From positions 2,914,001 through 2,978,000 of the forward strand of contig JAWMAR010000211.1 in the NCBI GenBank assembly GCA_036785375.1: DNA of 64,000 nucleotides. Direction: 5' to 3'. The notes under the pieces are model-generated. The model did no database searches. It was not told the DNA's origin and saw only the letters and a list, made by a program, of their open reading frames with translations. Position 1 is the first letter of the stretch, and every line of letters starts with the position of its first letter. The position numbers and the translations under genes are program-made. Source of the DNA: Leucoraja ocellata (Eukaryota). This document shows positions 25,001 to 37,090 of the stretch, piece after piece.

Positions 25001-27532
25001 TCCCATATACCTGCGCTCAGACCATAACCCTCCATTCCCTTCCCATCCATATAACTATCCAATTTATTTTTAAATGATAAAAACGAACCTGCCTCCACCA
25101 CCTTCACTGGAAGCTCATTCCACACAGCTACCACTCTCTGAGTAAAGAAGTTCCCCCTCATGTTACCCCTAAACTTCAGTCCCTTAATTCTCATGTCATG
25201 CCCCCTTGTTTGAATCTTCCCTACTCTCAGTGGGAAAAGCTTTTCCACGTCAACTCTGTCTATCCCTCTCATCATTTTAAAAACCTCTATCAAGTCCCCC
25301 CTTAACCTTCTGCGCTCCAAAGAATAAAGCCCTAACTTGTTCAACCTTTCTCTGTAACTTAGTTGCTGAAACCCAGGCAACATTCTAGTAAATCTCCTCT
25401 GTACTCTCTCTATTTTGTTGACATCCTTCCTATAATTAGGCGACCAAAATTGTACACCATACTCCAGAATTGGCCTCACCAATGCCTTGTACAATTTTAA
25501 CATTACATCCCAACTTCTATACTCAATGCTCTGATTTATAAAGGCCAGCACACCAAAAGCTTTCTTTACCACCCTATCTACATGAGATTCCACTTTCAGG
25601 GAACTGTGCACAGTTATTCCCAGATCCCTCTGTTCACCTACATTCTTCAATTCCCCACCAATGCTTGCCATGGTTACCCCATCCAGGTAAATTGTGGTAT
25701 ACCCGAACCCTTATGAAGGGGTACTGAATAGTATGCATCTTTAAAGTCGATGTTTACCATAAAGTATCCTAGGAATCCATGGTAGCAGTTACAGATTCCA
25801 TAAGTGGGTATACCTGATGAATATTTCATGTGGTTTTAATCAATGATGGTGCGACATTCACCGTCTGTGGTTATTAGGGTACCCAAGGCTATATGGGATT
25901 TCTTATGACCCCTGGTATATTTCTCCAGAAGCTAGACCCTCAAGTTTATTAGAGGGAGGGTAGACCCCATGCTGTACTGGTGGCAAGATATTAATTCTAT
26001 TTGGAATATAACCACCAAGAGTGATAGCTTCCCAACCAGGTGTGATTCCCTCCCCTCTGTTAGTACAAACCCTTCACCTTTATGTGATGGTAGGAACCAT
26101 ACTTATCTGTCTTCACTGTTTCTTCGGTTTCTGGTTCCTTGTCTGTAGGGATGTTGTTTGTTGGGGGGTGGCGCATTTTCCATGGGGTCTGCTCTGGGCC
26201 CTGGCCTGAAAGGCTCACGGGATTGGCATGCAGGCCCCGAGTACTGCTGACTGGTTTAGTGTGGTGCTCATTCCAGACCCTGCCCTCTTGAGCCGAATAT
26301 TTTGGACACTTCATCCAGTTTTTTAGGCTTAGTTTGGTAAGTTAGCCAGATAGCAGGATCTGTGGCTGTGAGGTCGGCATTCTCACAGTCCTGTAAATTT
26401 CTTAAGTTGAGGGCAGGTTTTATGACTTCCTGAGAAGTTGCGGAGCATTGCGAGCAGTAGGGTCAGGTGTTTTGCCACACTACCCTGTCCCTCTGGGATG
26501 AGCATGCAAAAATGATAGCCGACATCAGGGATATCAAATTCATTTTGAGATATTTGGGTTTTTAAAAGCTATGCTCAATGTACCCCCCAATAACGGTGGG
26601 CACTTTGAGTAAATGCAATTTAGGGGAGGCGTGATGAAATCCAACACCTCATGACTACCTGTCTTGGAGAGGTTTTTTGAGAAGAACAGGTAGTAAGCTG
26701 GCCGCCAGTTGAGACTGAAAAGCCATCTCGCTAGTGGTGGAGCCACATAGCGGCCACACCCAGCAGCTCTTCCTGATCCTGTACCTCAGCATACTCCTCT
26801 TCAGCCAGTGACCCCTCTTCTTGACCAGCCCAGCTCTGGTCCCCATCGATCCCTCGACAAGGGAGATGGCCAGTGTGGAAACACTGGAGTGGGAGTGTTA
26901 AGCTCCCTTGGCGGACTTGCCCCTGCTCCTGAGGCAAGTCTTGCCGGAGTTTTTAGTTCCATGACCTTCCTCTGGCTTGGAGAAACAGATACTCTTGTTT
27001 CTTGTTTGAAGTGTTGATTCCATCTTCCATGTTTGTCTCCAGCCTGAGGTTGGTCCTGACCTTGCTGTTAGAGGCTGTCTGCTGTTTTTGGGCGGCATTT
27101 CAGCGGTTCTCGGGCGGCGAGTATCCTTGTCGGGAGTCTGCAGGGGTGCCGGCCGGTTTTTAAATTTTCCTCCAGTCCGCTGCTGTTGGTCAGAGCTGTT
27201 TTAGCGGACTGGGCATCAGCGCAGCACCCGTGTCTGTGGACCGCAGCGTGTGCGGTCCCGTTGCCGCCTCTCCCCCCTCCACTGTCGGCTCCTTTCCTGG
27301 AGTTGAACGGGGGCCGCTTCCCTCTGCTGCTTTGCTCCCCCTGGAGCAAAAACAAACGCAAAGTCGCTAGTTTAAACTGAAGGTAAATTCTTACCTAACG
27401 GTCCTTTCCTTCAGGCTTGTAGTGGGAGCTGCCCACTCCCGCTATGTCGCTGTTGCGTGCGTGACCGCAATGTCGCGCATGCGTGCTGAGCGGGCTCTTC
27501 ATGTAGTCACTCAAGTGACTCCGAAGTAAAAT
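22052..27532 (-). mobile_element. DIRS1-type element copy B (second family, heavily decayed pol), within the DNTT intron between 21819 and 28311
   Basis: ITRs at 27473-27505 and 22125-22157; ICR at 22276-22388. YR remnant (EPRLCVMTHL, SHKK, STRTASTS, DHILATPGWS) at about 22600-23450. AAT at both junctions. Confidence 0.92.
24913..25655 (-). mobile_element. CR1 LINE 3' part nested in DIRS copy B
   Basis: ORF 24997-25671 RDLGITV...RPILEYGVQFWSP...LERRRLRGDLIEVFK; (TATGGTTA)n tail. Confidence 0.92.
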
Positions 27533-27806
27533 GTTCTCCAAACAGTCCAAACAGTTACTCCAGCATTTTCAGGCTATCTTCTGATTAATGTTATGTAATG
27601 GGTAAAGTGGCAACGGAGGGTAAACATTTACAGCAAAATTAATACTTCTTATGTCTAATTTAATGAAGCTGATCACATGGTATATAAAACTATAGAAATT
27701 CTGAAATGTAATTTTGTGTGACCCAGAGTTAACATGTTAATAACCATTTATTTTCAGTTGGAATAAGCCTGCCTGGGAAAGTTTGTATATTTATTCTTAA
27801 GACTTA

Positions 27807-28194
27807 AGGGCCTGTCCCACGAGCATGCGACTGTATGCGGCGAGCGCGACCTAACGTGGTCGCTTGAGCCGTACAGCCTCGCAGGGCCGGTCCCACTTCG
27901 ATCGCCGGAGCCGTATGGAGTTGTGCGGAGCTGGTCCCGACAACGCACGGGCTACGAAAAACTGGCACTGTCCAAAAACTCCACGTGGCAACGGCCTGCC
28001 GGCCTGCAGCCGCGTTGAGGCCGTACCCACCGCCTCGACGGGTGTGCGCAGCGTCTCGACACCGTACACAGCATCTTGACAGCGTATGCCTTCGCTCGAA
28101 CTTCACGTCAACTCGTACGGGATCACTCGACCTCCGCGCGGCCCGGTTTGATTGCGCTCACCGCATGCAGTCGCATGCTCGTGGGACAGGCCCT
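27807..28194. mobile_element. Harbinger-like MITE, about 115 bp upstream of a DNTT exon
   Basis: TIRs of about 34 bp: agggcctgtcccacgagcatgcgactg and cagtcgcatgctcgtgggacaggccct. Confidence 0.75.
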
Positions 28195-28310
28195 TTGGTT
28201 ATTTTTGATATTTTGAAGCATTTATTAATATACTGTAAGAATGTATATAATGGAGCTATGAACCTTAACAGAGCAATTACCTCCAGTCAATGTAAATTAT
28301 TTTACTGCAG

Positions 28311-28434
28311 CTATTCACCAGTGTCTTTGGTGTTGGTGTGAAGACAGCTGACAAGTGGTATGGACTAGGCTTTCGGACTTTGGAGGAAATAAAAGCAGCA
28401 AAGGATATTACGTTTACCAAAATGCAGAGGGCAG
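28311..28434 (+). CDS. DNTT: TdT exon (exon 6 equivalent; HhH), LFTSVFGVGVKTADKWYGLGFRTLEEIKAAKDITFTKMQRA(G)
   Basis: Bounded by tttactgcAG| and |GTaata; 124 bp, phase 0/1. Carries TdT-type LFTSVFGVG and FT.MQ.AG. Confidence 0.94.
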
Positions 28435-28716
28435 GTAATATTTGGAATAGTGAATTGTACATATAATGTGCACAGTATTAACACAATGGGCAAAACCATA
28501 CTCGTCAATGATTATGTTTATTTCAATTCTCCCTTTGCTTCTTCCCTGCTTCTATATGGATTGTGATTAATATGTTGACACCAAGGCAAAGGTAAACTCA
28601 AATTTGTTGCAGTAGCATCTGTGTGTTGAGAATCGTGGCAGGTTGGTTTTGAATTTCCTTCCTAATCTTGATACAAGAATGTCATAAACTGATGCTATGA
28701 GTTTGCCTTTGTTTTC

Positions 28717-29290
28717 ATAGAAACATAGAAAATAGGTGCAGGAGGAGGCCATTTGGCCCATCGATTCATTGTGATCATGGTTGATCATCCACAATCAGTA
28801 ACTCATGCCTGCCTTCTCCCCATATCCCTTGATTCCACTAGCCCCTAGAGCTCTATTTAACTCTCTTTTAAATTCATTCAGTGAATTGGCCTCTACTGCC
28901 TTCTGTGGCAGAGAATTCCACAAATTCTGGGTGAAAACGTTTTTTTCACATCTCAGTTTTAAATGGCCTCCCATTTATTCTTAGGCTGTGGCCTCTGGTT
29001 CTGGGCTCCCCCAACATTGGAATTTTTTTCCTGCATCTAGCTTGTCCAGTCCTTTTATAATTTTATACATTTCTATAAGACTTCCTCTCATCCTTCTAAA
29101 TTCCAGTGAATACAAGCCCAGTCTTTCCAATCTTTCCTCATATGACAGTCCCGCCATCCCGGGAACTAACCTCGTGAACCCATGCTGCACTGCCTCAAAT
29201 AGCAAGGATGTCCTTCCTCAAATTAGGAGACCAAAACTGCACACAATACTCCAGATGTGGTCTCACTGGGGCCCTGTACAACTGCAAGAG
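28717..29290 (-). mobile_element. CR1 LINE 3' part (resumes at 29812-29840 after the Rex1 insertion)
   Basis: GLSYEERLERLGLYSLEFRRMRG peptide; (tatgtttc) tail. Confidence 0.88.
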
Positions 29291-29811
29291 TCCATCTGTC
29301 TCCTCAGATCATGGTGAACTTCTACCGCTGCACCATCGAGAGCATCCTTACCAACTGCATCACAGTATGGTATGGCAACTGCTCTGTCTCCGACCGGAAG
29401 GCATTGCAGAGGGTGGTGAAAATTGCCCAACGCATCACCGGTTCCTCGCTCCCCTCCATTGAGTCTGTCCAAAGCAAGCGCTGTCTGCGGAGGGCGCTCA
29501 GCATCGCCAAGGACTGCTCTCACCCCAACCATGGACTGTTTACCCTCCTACCATCTGGGAGGCGCTACAGGTCTCTCCGTTGCCGAACCAGCAGGTCGAG
29601 GAACAGCTTCTTTCCGGCGGCTGTCACTCTACTCAACAACGTACCTCGGTGACTGCCAATCACCACCCCCCCCCCCCCCCCCCGGACACTTATTATTATT
29701 TATTCAAATCGTTTGCTATGTCGCTCTTCAAGGGAGATGCTAAATGCATTTCGTTGTCTCTGTAGTGTACACTGACAATGACAATTAAAATTGAATCTGA
29801 ATCTGAATCTG
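29291..29811 (+). mobile_element. Rex1/Babar LINE 3' end inserted in CR1, possible 5-bp TSD aagag
   Basis: FYRCTIESILTNCITVWYG...HPNHGLFTLLPSGRRYRSL...NSFFP; (TGAATC)n tail. aagag at 29286-29290 and 29812-29816. Confidence 0.85.
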
Positions 29812-30481
29812 AAGAGGACCTCTTTACTCCTATATTCACATTTTCATAGAACATTGAACAGTATAGCACAGAAACAAGACCTTCGACCCCCAATGTCTGT
29901 GCCAAACATGTGCCTGTACCTGCATTCAATCCACATCCCTGCTTTCCTTGCACATCCATGTCCTTTGATCATCATCGGCCACCCTTCCCTAATAATGTTA
30001 GTGGAGTCTCAAACGTTGGCCTATTTTCTTCTCATCCATCTCTATGGCCTTTCACATTAGCAAAAACAGAAGAGCTGCTCGAGGAACCCAATGGATCTGA
30101 CAGCATTTCTGGAGGGAAATCAGAGCTGGTTGACATTGCTGGTTAAGATGCTTCATCTACACTGAAAAAGAAGAGGGGAGGTAGCCAATATAATGGTGTA
30201 TGGGAGGGGGAGGGCAAGAGCTAACACAATCAGGTGCAGAGGGAACGAAGGGTAAATATGTATTGTACCTATTCTAGCCACGTTCCAGCATCTGTATCTC
30301 TTGTGCCTTATTTCACCAGGACTGGCTTGCTGAAGTTGACATTAAGCTGACATTGGCAAGAACACATCAGAATTCTTTACGCGCTCTCCGCTTTTCTGCT
30401 CTAGAAAATCTTCCATGTAGACGTCGGGATTAATAGACTTAGTGAAATCAATAATGTGCTGGTGTATAAGTAGCAGTGTTA

Positions 30482-30790
30482 AGGGCCTGTCCCACTGTAC
30501 AAGTTTACCCAAGAGCTCTCCCGAGTTTAAAAATAAATCAAACTCATGGTAAGTACGTAGAATGTACGTAGCGGGTGCGTCGGAGCTCGGGACGCCTCTT
30601 AGCAGCTTGTAAGGCTAACGACTGGTACTCGGGAAACGAGGTAAGCTCGGGAAGATTTTTCAACAGTGCGGAGAGTGTCCACGAGAGTCCCCGAGTACCT
30701 ACGAACGGCTATTACCGTAATTCTCCGAGGTCTAATCAGAGGAAACTCGGGAGAACTCGTGAATTACCTCGTACAGTGGGACAGGGGGCT
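30482..30790. mobile_element. Harbinger-like MITE
   Basis: TIRs agggcctgtcccactgtac and gtacagtgggacagggggct. Confidence 0.7.
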
Positions 30791-31275
30791 TAACTGTGGG
30801 AGTGGGCTTGCTCTTGGTTTTTGGAATCTGGCTGTTGGCACCATTCGTCTGAGCTGGCCTCAAACAATGACACTTGCTCAGGGTTGAGATCGGTTTTAAC
30901 TTGTAATGAGCTCACACTAATGAGGCTTAACATCTTGTGCAAGATGGCAGCTTTCATTTTAGTTTACTTTATATTATCACATGCGCCGTCGGTACAGTGC
31001 ATAGTTTTTATTGCATGTGATTCAGTCACAGAAAAGACTGTATATGATTACAATCAAGCCACTACAGTGCACAGATAAAGGATAAAAGGTGCAAGATAAA
31101 GTACGATTAAAGATAGTTCAAAGATCTTCAATGAGGTAGATGGGAAGTCAAGACTGCACCAACTGGTGAGAGGACAGTTCAGTTGCTGATAACAGTTGTG
31201 AAGAAACTTTAAAATGGAATGAGATAGGATATTAAAAATGGAATGATATTAGACTATAACATGTTCCATGACTGA

Positions 31276-31605
31276 AAGCCCTGTCCCACGGTCCGAGTTC
31301 ATGCCAAGAGCTCTCCCGAGTTTGCCCTGATTCAAACTCGGAGATTTACGGTAATGGCCACTCATTGGTACTTGGGGCTCTCGTGGACATTTTTCAACAT
31401 GTTGAAAAATCTTCACTAGTCTTCCCGTGCTTACCTGCCGTTAGCGAATCTTCCCGAGTACCTGCCGTTAGCCTTACGAGCTGCTAAGAGATGTCCCCGA
31501 GCTCTGACGTACCCGCTATGTTCATTCTCCGTGCTTACCACGAGTTTGATTTTTTTTTAACTCGGGAGAGCTTTTGGAATGAACTCGTACCATGGGACAG
31601 GGCTT
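31276..31605. mobile_element. Harbinger-like MITE (same family, opposite orientation)
   Basis: TIRs aagccctgtcccacggt and accatgggacagggctt. Interior is the reverse complement of the 32081 copy. Confidence 0.72.
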
Positions 31606-32080
31606 TAAGGAACATAATATGATCTAGTTTGTCTGTATATAGCTCTTCATGTTTTTGTTCTGATATTAGCTTTAATTTGATATGTCGTGCCTTCAATTTC
31701 ACCAAACAAAAACACAGTCTTCTGATAGTTTAGTTGACTTTATTCATAGAAAGATCTGATAAAAACAAGAAAATATCACATAACTTTGCTCAATAATTAA
31801 CAATATACTCAATTTGTCATTTGTCATTCTTTGACCAAATCAAAAGCAAATCAATTGTTATAAATATTTAATTGGATATTCTGATGGAATATCATTATAA
31901 CAAGGCGTAATACTAATAATAAAAGAAAAAATAGCTATTGCCAGTAACTTCAAAGATGTCACCTCCAGACATCAGTCAGCGCCATATGATTTGTTACCTT
32001 CTCACCGATGTTCATAGTTCGACTAAAATGTTTCTTCTCAACTAAACTGCCTTCAATTGCAGACACCTAAAAGAGACTAA

Positions 32081-32378
32081 AAGCCCTGTCCCACTGTAAG
32101 AGTTAAAAAAAAAAATCAAACTCGTGGTAAGCACGTAGAATGTACGTAGCGGGTGCATTGGAGCTTGGGGACATCTCTTAGTGGCTCTTAACGCTAACGG
32201 CAGGTACTCGGGAAACGCGGTAAGCTCGGGAAGACTCGTGAAGATTTTTCAACATGTTGAAAAATGTCCACGAGAGCCCCGAGTACCGACGAGCGGCCAT
32301 TACCGTAAATCTCCGAGTTCGAATCAGGGCAAACTTGGGGAGAACTCTTGAATGAACTCGTACAGTAGGACAGGGCTT
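32081..32378. mobile_element. Harbinger-like MITE
   Basis: TIRs aagccctgtcccactgta and tacagtaggacagggctt. Confidence 0.72.
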
Positions 32379-32918
32379 TTATGACTTTAGTCATCGGCAA
32401 AGATCAACAATAGAAATTTGCAGATATTAGCCCAGGTCATGCTTGCTGTAGGAAATTATAAGTTTTTATTAAACAACTGAAGAAAAGGAGATAGCAATAG
32501 ATATAAACATATTCATATTATAATGTAGTGGAATATAACATTCGTTATTTGACTGATTTGGGCAACAAAATTCCAGCAACTGGAGGCGATACTCCTTGTC
32601 TATCAAACTGGCTGGAAATCAGCGGTGGCAGTTCCTTGGACAATCGGGGACTATTCCCCTTCATTTAAATCTCATGTTAAACAAAAGAGTTGAAGGAGAA
32701 TACTTATTACACGCTGAAATAATGTAGCCCACTTTGATGGAGTTGACCCAATTTCACCTATTTAAATAAATCATACCCCCATTGAGTGAGGAAATGTTGA
32801 CCTGATCTCCCTCATCATAACAGCACTCATCCATGCCCACCACCCTCATGCCCCTTACTTCACCAAAGACACCCTTTCTGGGTGTGGCCCATAGACCTTA
32901 AACACGGCCACACTGTAG

Positions 32919-33050
32919 AGTCTGAAGAAGGTTCTCGACCCGAAATGTCACCCGTTCCCTCTCTCCAGAGATGCTGCCTGTCACGCTGAATTACTCCGGC
33001 ATTTTGTGTGTATCTTCGGTGTAAACTAGCATCTACCGTTCCTTCCTACA
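32919..33050 (+). mobile_element. Penelope-like pLTR fragment
   Basis: agtctgaagaaggttctcgacccgaaatgtcacc... Confidence 0.75.
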
Positions 33051-33224
33051 TACTGTAGATGTAGCTCCAACATCTTTATTTATTGCAAGGCAATAATTGA
33101 ATCTGGACTTGAGAGAAAGAAAACCAACTGCAAGTTTGGTTTAATAGCTGGACAGCTATAATAATGGCTGACAATGTGGAAGTTATTGAACTGCCTAAAC
33201 TTAATAACCAGCCCCTTCCTGAAA

Positions 33225-33555
33225 TAATAATATAATAATAATAATTTTATTTATAAAGCACTTTAAACAACTGCAGTTGCCACAAAGTGCTGTACATGAG
33301 AACTCATGGACAAGAATTTATTACAAACCATTAAAAACAGTAAAACAAAGGACTATAAAACAGTAAAAAATTAAAAGACATTAAAAGCACTAAAACAGGA
33401 GCAATGTCTCAGCCAGTGTCGAAAGCCAGAGAATAAAAATCAGTGGATTTGAAGATGGATAGTGAGGGGGCCTGTCTGATGTGCAACAGCAAGGTGTTCC
33501 AGAGTGCCGGAGCAGCAACAGAAAAGGCTCTATCCCCTCTGAGCTTCCGCTTTGA
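33225..33555 (-). mobile_element. L2-clade LINE 3' end
   Basis: (TAA)n then tttatttataaagcacttt, and gtgttccagagtgccggagcagcaacagaaaaggc (reverse: AFSVAAPALWN). Confidence 0.7.
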
Positions 33556-34381
33556 GACCTTGGTTTACTGTTCTTTGTTGTCCATGGTTTTGCTGCTAAT
33601 GCACTGTGCTTAAAGAGGCTGGAGGAAAGATTGAACTCTTACTTGTAGATGTTACTGAAACTGGCATTTTACCTAAACAAATGAGGTGAGAGTTATATTC
33701 CAGTCTTTCCCATTCTGACAAAAAAGTCTTCAAACTGAGTATTTCGTGCATTTTCCTCGACTTCAGAATTTCAACAACTGCCATAGTTTGTATCTCACAG
33801 CTTCTGCATTGTTTCTCCTTGCTCTTCGCTATTCTCATTCATCTCCTTGTCTTTACATTTCCTCCAGACAGCCCAGCCACAATGAACAAGCCTTCACCTC
33901 CCTCTGTCTAGCTGTCTCTTGTTCTCCAAACTTTCACACCAATTCCCTTTGTTCTTTCCATTTCCTTTCCTTCATTCCTTTCTCTGCTCCATTCTCTCCT
34001 TCCTCTCCATGCTTGATTTCCAATTTCATTCTGTTCTGATGAAAGATCATTAACCTGTAACAAAGGTTACCTTAACTTTTATGACCTATCAAAGGTCATT
34101 ACCTCTCAAAGGCCCATTAAATTTCTCTTCCTGCAGATACTGTCAAAACGTCGGAGAATTTACAGCTTTTCTTTTTCAAGTCTGATGTGGCAAAGTTCAA
34201 TGTACTTTGGAAATATTTAACGAATCTTGCCTTTGTACTGCTGTAACCACAACATGAAACCTCTGCATTACCCGGTATATGGCCAGCAGATGTATGTGTT
34301 ATTGGCAGTGGCGTAATTCTCTGGAGACTGTTGCAACACTATGACCACCTTGAGATTTACCCAGGGATCCAAGCCCAAACC

Positions 34382-34650
34382 TAAAGGAGATGAGGAGACA
34401 TTTCTTTAGTCAGAGGGTGGTGAATCTGTGGAATTTTTTGCCATAGAAGGCTGCAGAGGCCAAGTCAATGGATATTATTAAGGCAGAGATAGATTGATTT
34501 TTGATTAGTACAGGTTTCAGAGATTATGGGGAGAAGGCAGGAGAATGGGGTTAGGAAGGAGAAATTAATCAGTCATAATTGAATGGCGGAGTAGATTTGA
34601 TGGGCCGAATGATCTAATTCTACTCCCATCACTTATGACCTTATGACCTT
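34382..34650 (+). mobile_element. CR1 LINE 3' end
   Basis: FFSQRVVNLWN-coding segment and (cttatgac) tail. Confidence 0.8.
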
Positions 34651-35039
34651 ATACTCTAAATCCTGCAGCTATATTCACTGAACTATGCTGTTTGGATGGG
34701 GCCTGTTGCAGTTCCCACTGATGTGTCCCATGAATTTGTGCATAATGTTATGGCGTTAAGGGAATCCGCATGAATATAGATTTCCGTACTTTTGAAAGAA
34801 CACTTCAGAAGCAAATGGTTAACAGCTGTACCTTGGTAGACGCGGCAATAAACTAAACTGAAACTGCACGTATTCTCATTTTGTTTCTCTCAAAACAGAA
34901 GGAAGCAATTTGGCACATCAAGTCAATGTCGACTCTCCGACCAACCCCATCAAACCCAGACCCTGCTTATTTTCCAATAACCCATTCTCTCTCTCCCATG
35001 CCAATTAATTCCATCCTGATTCGCCACCCACCTGCACTC

Positions 35040-35370
35040 AGGGGTAATTTACAGTAGCCAGTTAGTCTACACACTGGAACATCGTTGATTGAAAAAGGGT
35101 CTCGACCTTGAAACATCACCCATTCCTTCGCTCCAGAGATGCTGCCTGTCCCGCTGAGTTACTCCAGCTTTTTGTGTCTATTTTCGGTTTAAATCTGCAG
35201 TTCCTTCGTACACGGGACGTCTCTGGGTAGTGGGAGGACATTGGACCACTTGGTGGAAACCCACGCGGTCCCAGGGAGAACATGCAAACTCCACACAAAC
35301 AGCACCAGGATCAGGATTGAAGCCTGGTGGCAGGAGCTGTGAGGCATCTACAATTCCTGCTGCTCTAATA
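35040..35370 (-). mobile_element. Degenerate HE1-like SINE with a Penelope piece (about 35090-35210) inside
   Basis: gaaacccacgcggtcccagggagaacatgcaaactccacac. Confidence 0.6.
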
Positions 35371-35808
35371 CCTGTCGCCCTACTGCCCTCCCAGCTTCAG
35401 TCATGTCCTTGCCTGGAACTTCAGCACCAAGCCTCATGCAATGCCAGAATATATGGTGGGGGATGGGATCAGATAGCCAACTGCCCGACCAAACCGATCA
35501 TACCATAATTACCTCATCGTGTGTCATAAAGATTTACAGCACCTTTGACTGCAGGAGGCACTAGCATTGTTGCTGTGTTGATATATGCTATAGAGACTCT
35601 GCAGGTAATGCCCTCTCATTTAAAGTTAATGGCTTCGGTGTGAACTCACTGAGCTTTGCATGATATTGCATGTCCTTTGGCTTGACTCCATTATCTGAAG
35701 CATGGACCGACACTGCCATATTCATACAGTTCAGATTACATTCCCTGCATACTTACTTCTCTAAAGATGAAAAAGTTCCATTCAAAAATGGATAAATTAA
35801 ATTATATG

Positions 35809-36029
35809 TAGACATAAATGCTGGAGAAACTCAGCGGGTGAGGCAGCATCTATGTCTGAAGAACAGTTTCGACCCGAAACGTTGCCTATTTCCTTCGCTG
35901 AGTCTGAAGAAGGGTTTCAACCCAAAACGTTGCCTATTTCCTTTGCTCCATAGATGCTGCCTCACCCACTGAGTTTCTCCAGTATTTTTGTCTGCCTTCG
36001 ATTTTCCAGCATCTGCAGTTCCTTCTTGA
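35809..36029 (+). mobile_element. Short Penelope-like insertion with inverted 5' piece, two tandem hammerhead-like cores and a 15-bp TSD
   Basis: aaattaaattatatg at 35794-35808 and 36030-36044. CTGAAGA cores at 35856 and 35904. Confidence 0.82.
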
Positions 36030-36223
36030 AAATTAAATTATATGAATGGTTTACTGAAAAGGGTCCCTAACTGGAAATCTATTATTGGCATAAGACCTGG
36101 TACCACTCAGACTAATAAACTATGATGAATTTACTAGAAATTTCTGAATTTGTTGAAGTAAACAAGAATTCTTGAATCATAAATCAGTACCCATAAAGTT
36201 AACCTACCAACCTTATTATTTGT

Positions 36224-36491
36224 CCTGCCCCTTTTCCGGGGTTACGTCCGTGCCCGGGTGGGATTAGAAAGGGAATACGCCCTGTCTGTGGGCACCCTGA
36301 GGGAGTTCCGGGACCGCTGGGCTCCGCAGGGTGTTGAATGTATCCTCAATAAGGATTGTATCATAATTGTATAATAGTTTATTATGGATATATGTTTGTA
36401 TTGTATTTATGGTGGTGGGTTCTGGCTTGTTTTATTGTAGTGTAAATATTATTTTTTAATAATTGAATAAATATTTTGTTAAAAAAAAAAA
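36224..36491 (+). mobile_element. Tx1/L1-clade LINE 3' end with polyA and a 15-bp TSD
   Basis: aaccttattatttgt at 36209-36223 and 36492-36506. Nearly identical to the 3' end of the 52335-54939 element. Confidence 0.88.
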
Positions 36492-36525
36492 AACCTTATT
36501 ATTTGTGCTATTTATTTTTAGTGTG

Positions 36526-36810
36526 GGGGCACGGTGGTGCAGCAGTAGAGTTGCTGCCTTACAGCGCCAGAGACCTGGCTTGTCCGTTGTTTGTATGTTC
36601 TCCCAGTGACCTGCATGGGTTTTCCCCGAGAGCTCTAGTTTTCTCCCACACTTCAAAGACGTGCAGGTTTGTAGGTTAATTGGCTTGGGAATAATTGTAT
36701 ATTGTCCCTAGTGTGTGTAGGATAGCATTAATGTGATGGAATCGCTGGTCAGCATGGACTCGGTGGGCCGAAGAGCCTGTTTCCGTACTGTATGTCTGAA
36801 CTAAACTAAA
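36526..36810 (+). mobile_element. HE1-like SINE
   Basis: Matches the SINE consensus seen elsewhere in the window. Confidence 0.83.
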
Positions 36811-36957
36811 GTGTGAGAATCTGGCAGCTGGGATGGAATGATAAGCTATTTTGGATGCAAAACATAAAGATTTGTACTTTCTACTTTCTGCCTTAACTGT
36901 GGTTTAACTTCCAAGGTAGCTATGTATCAATGTGTAACAAAGCTATCTAATCCTCAG

Positions 36958-37090
36958 GGTTCTTGTACTATGAAGATATCCTACAAGCTGTAAGCAAAGC
37001 AGAAGCTGAAGCAGTGATTCAAATAATCGGAGATATTGTCAATCAATGTACTCATGATGCCAAGGTGACTTTAACAGGAGGATTCAGAAG
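36958..37090 (+). CDS. DNTT: TdT exon (exon 7 equivalent), (G)FLYYEDILQAVSKAEAEAVIQIIGDIVNQCTHDAKVTLTGGFR(R)
   Basis: Bounded by tcctcAG| and |GTgggt; 133 bp, phase 1/2. Carries FLYYED, AEAEAV and the Pol X TGGFRR motif. Confidence 0.94.
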
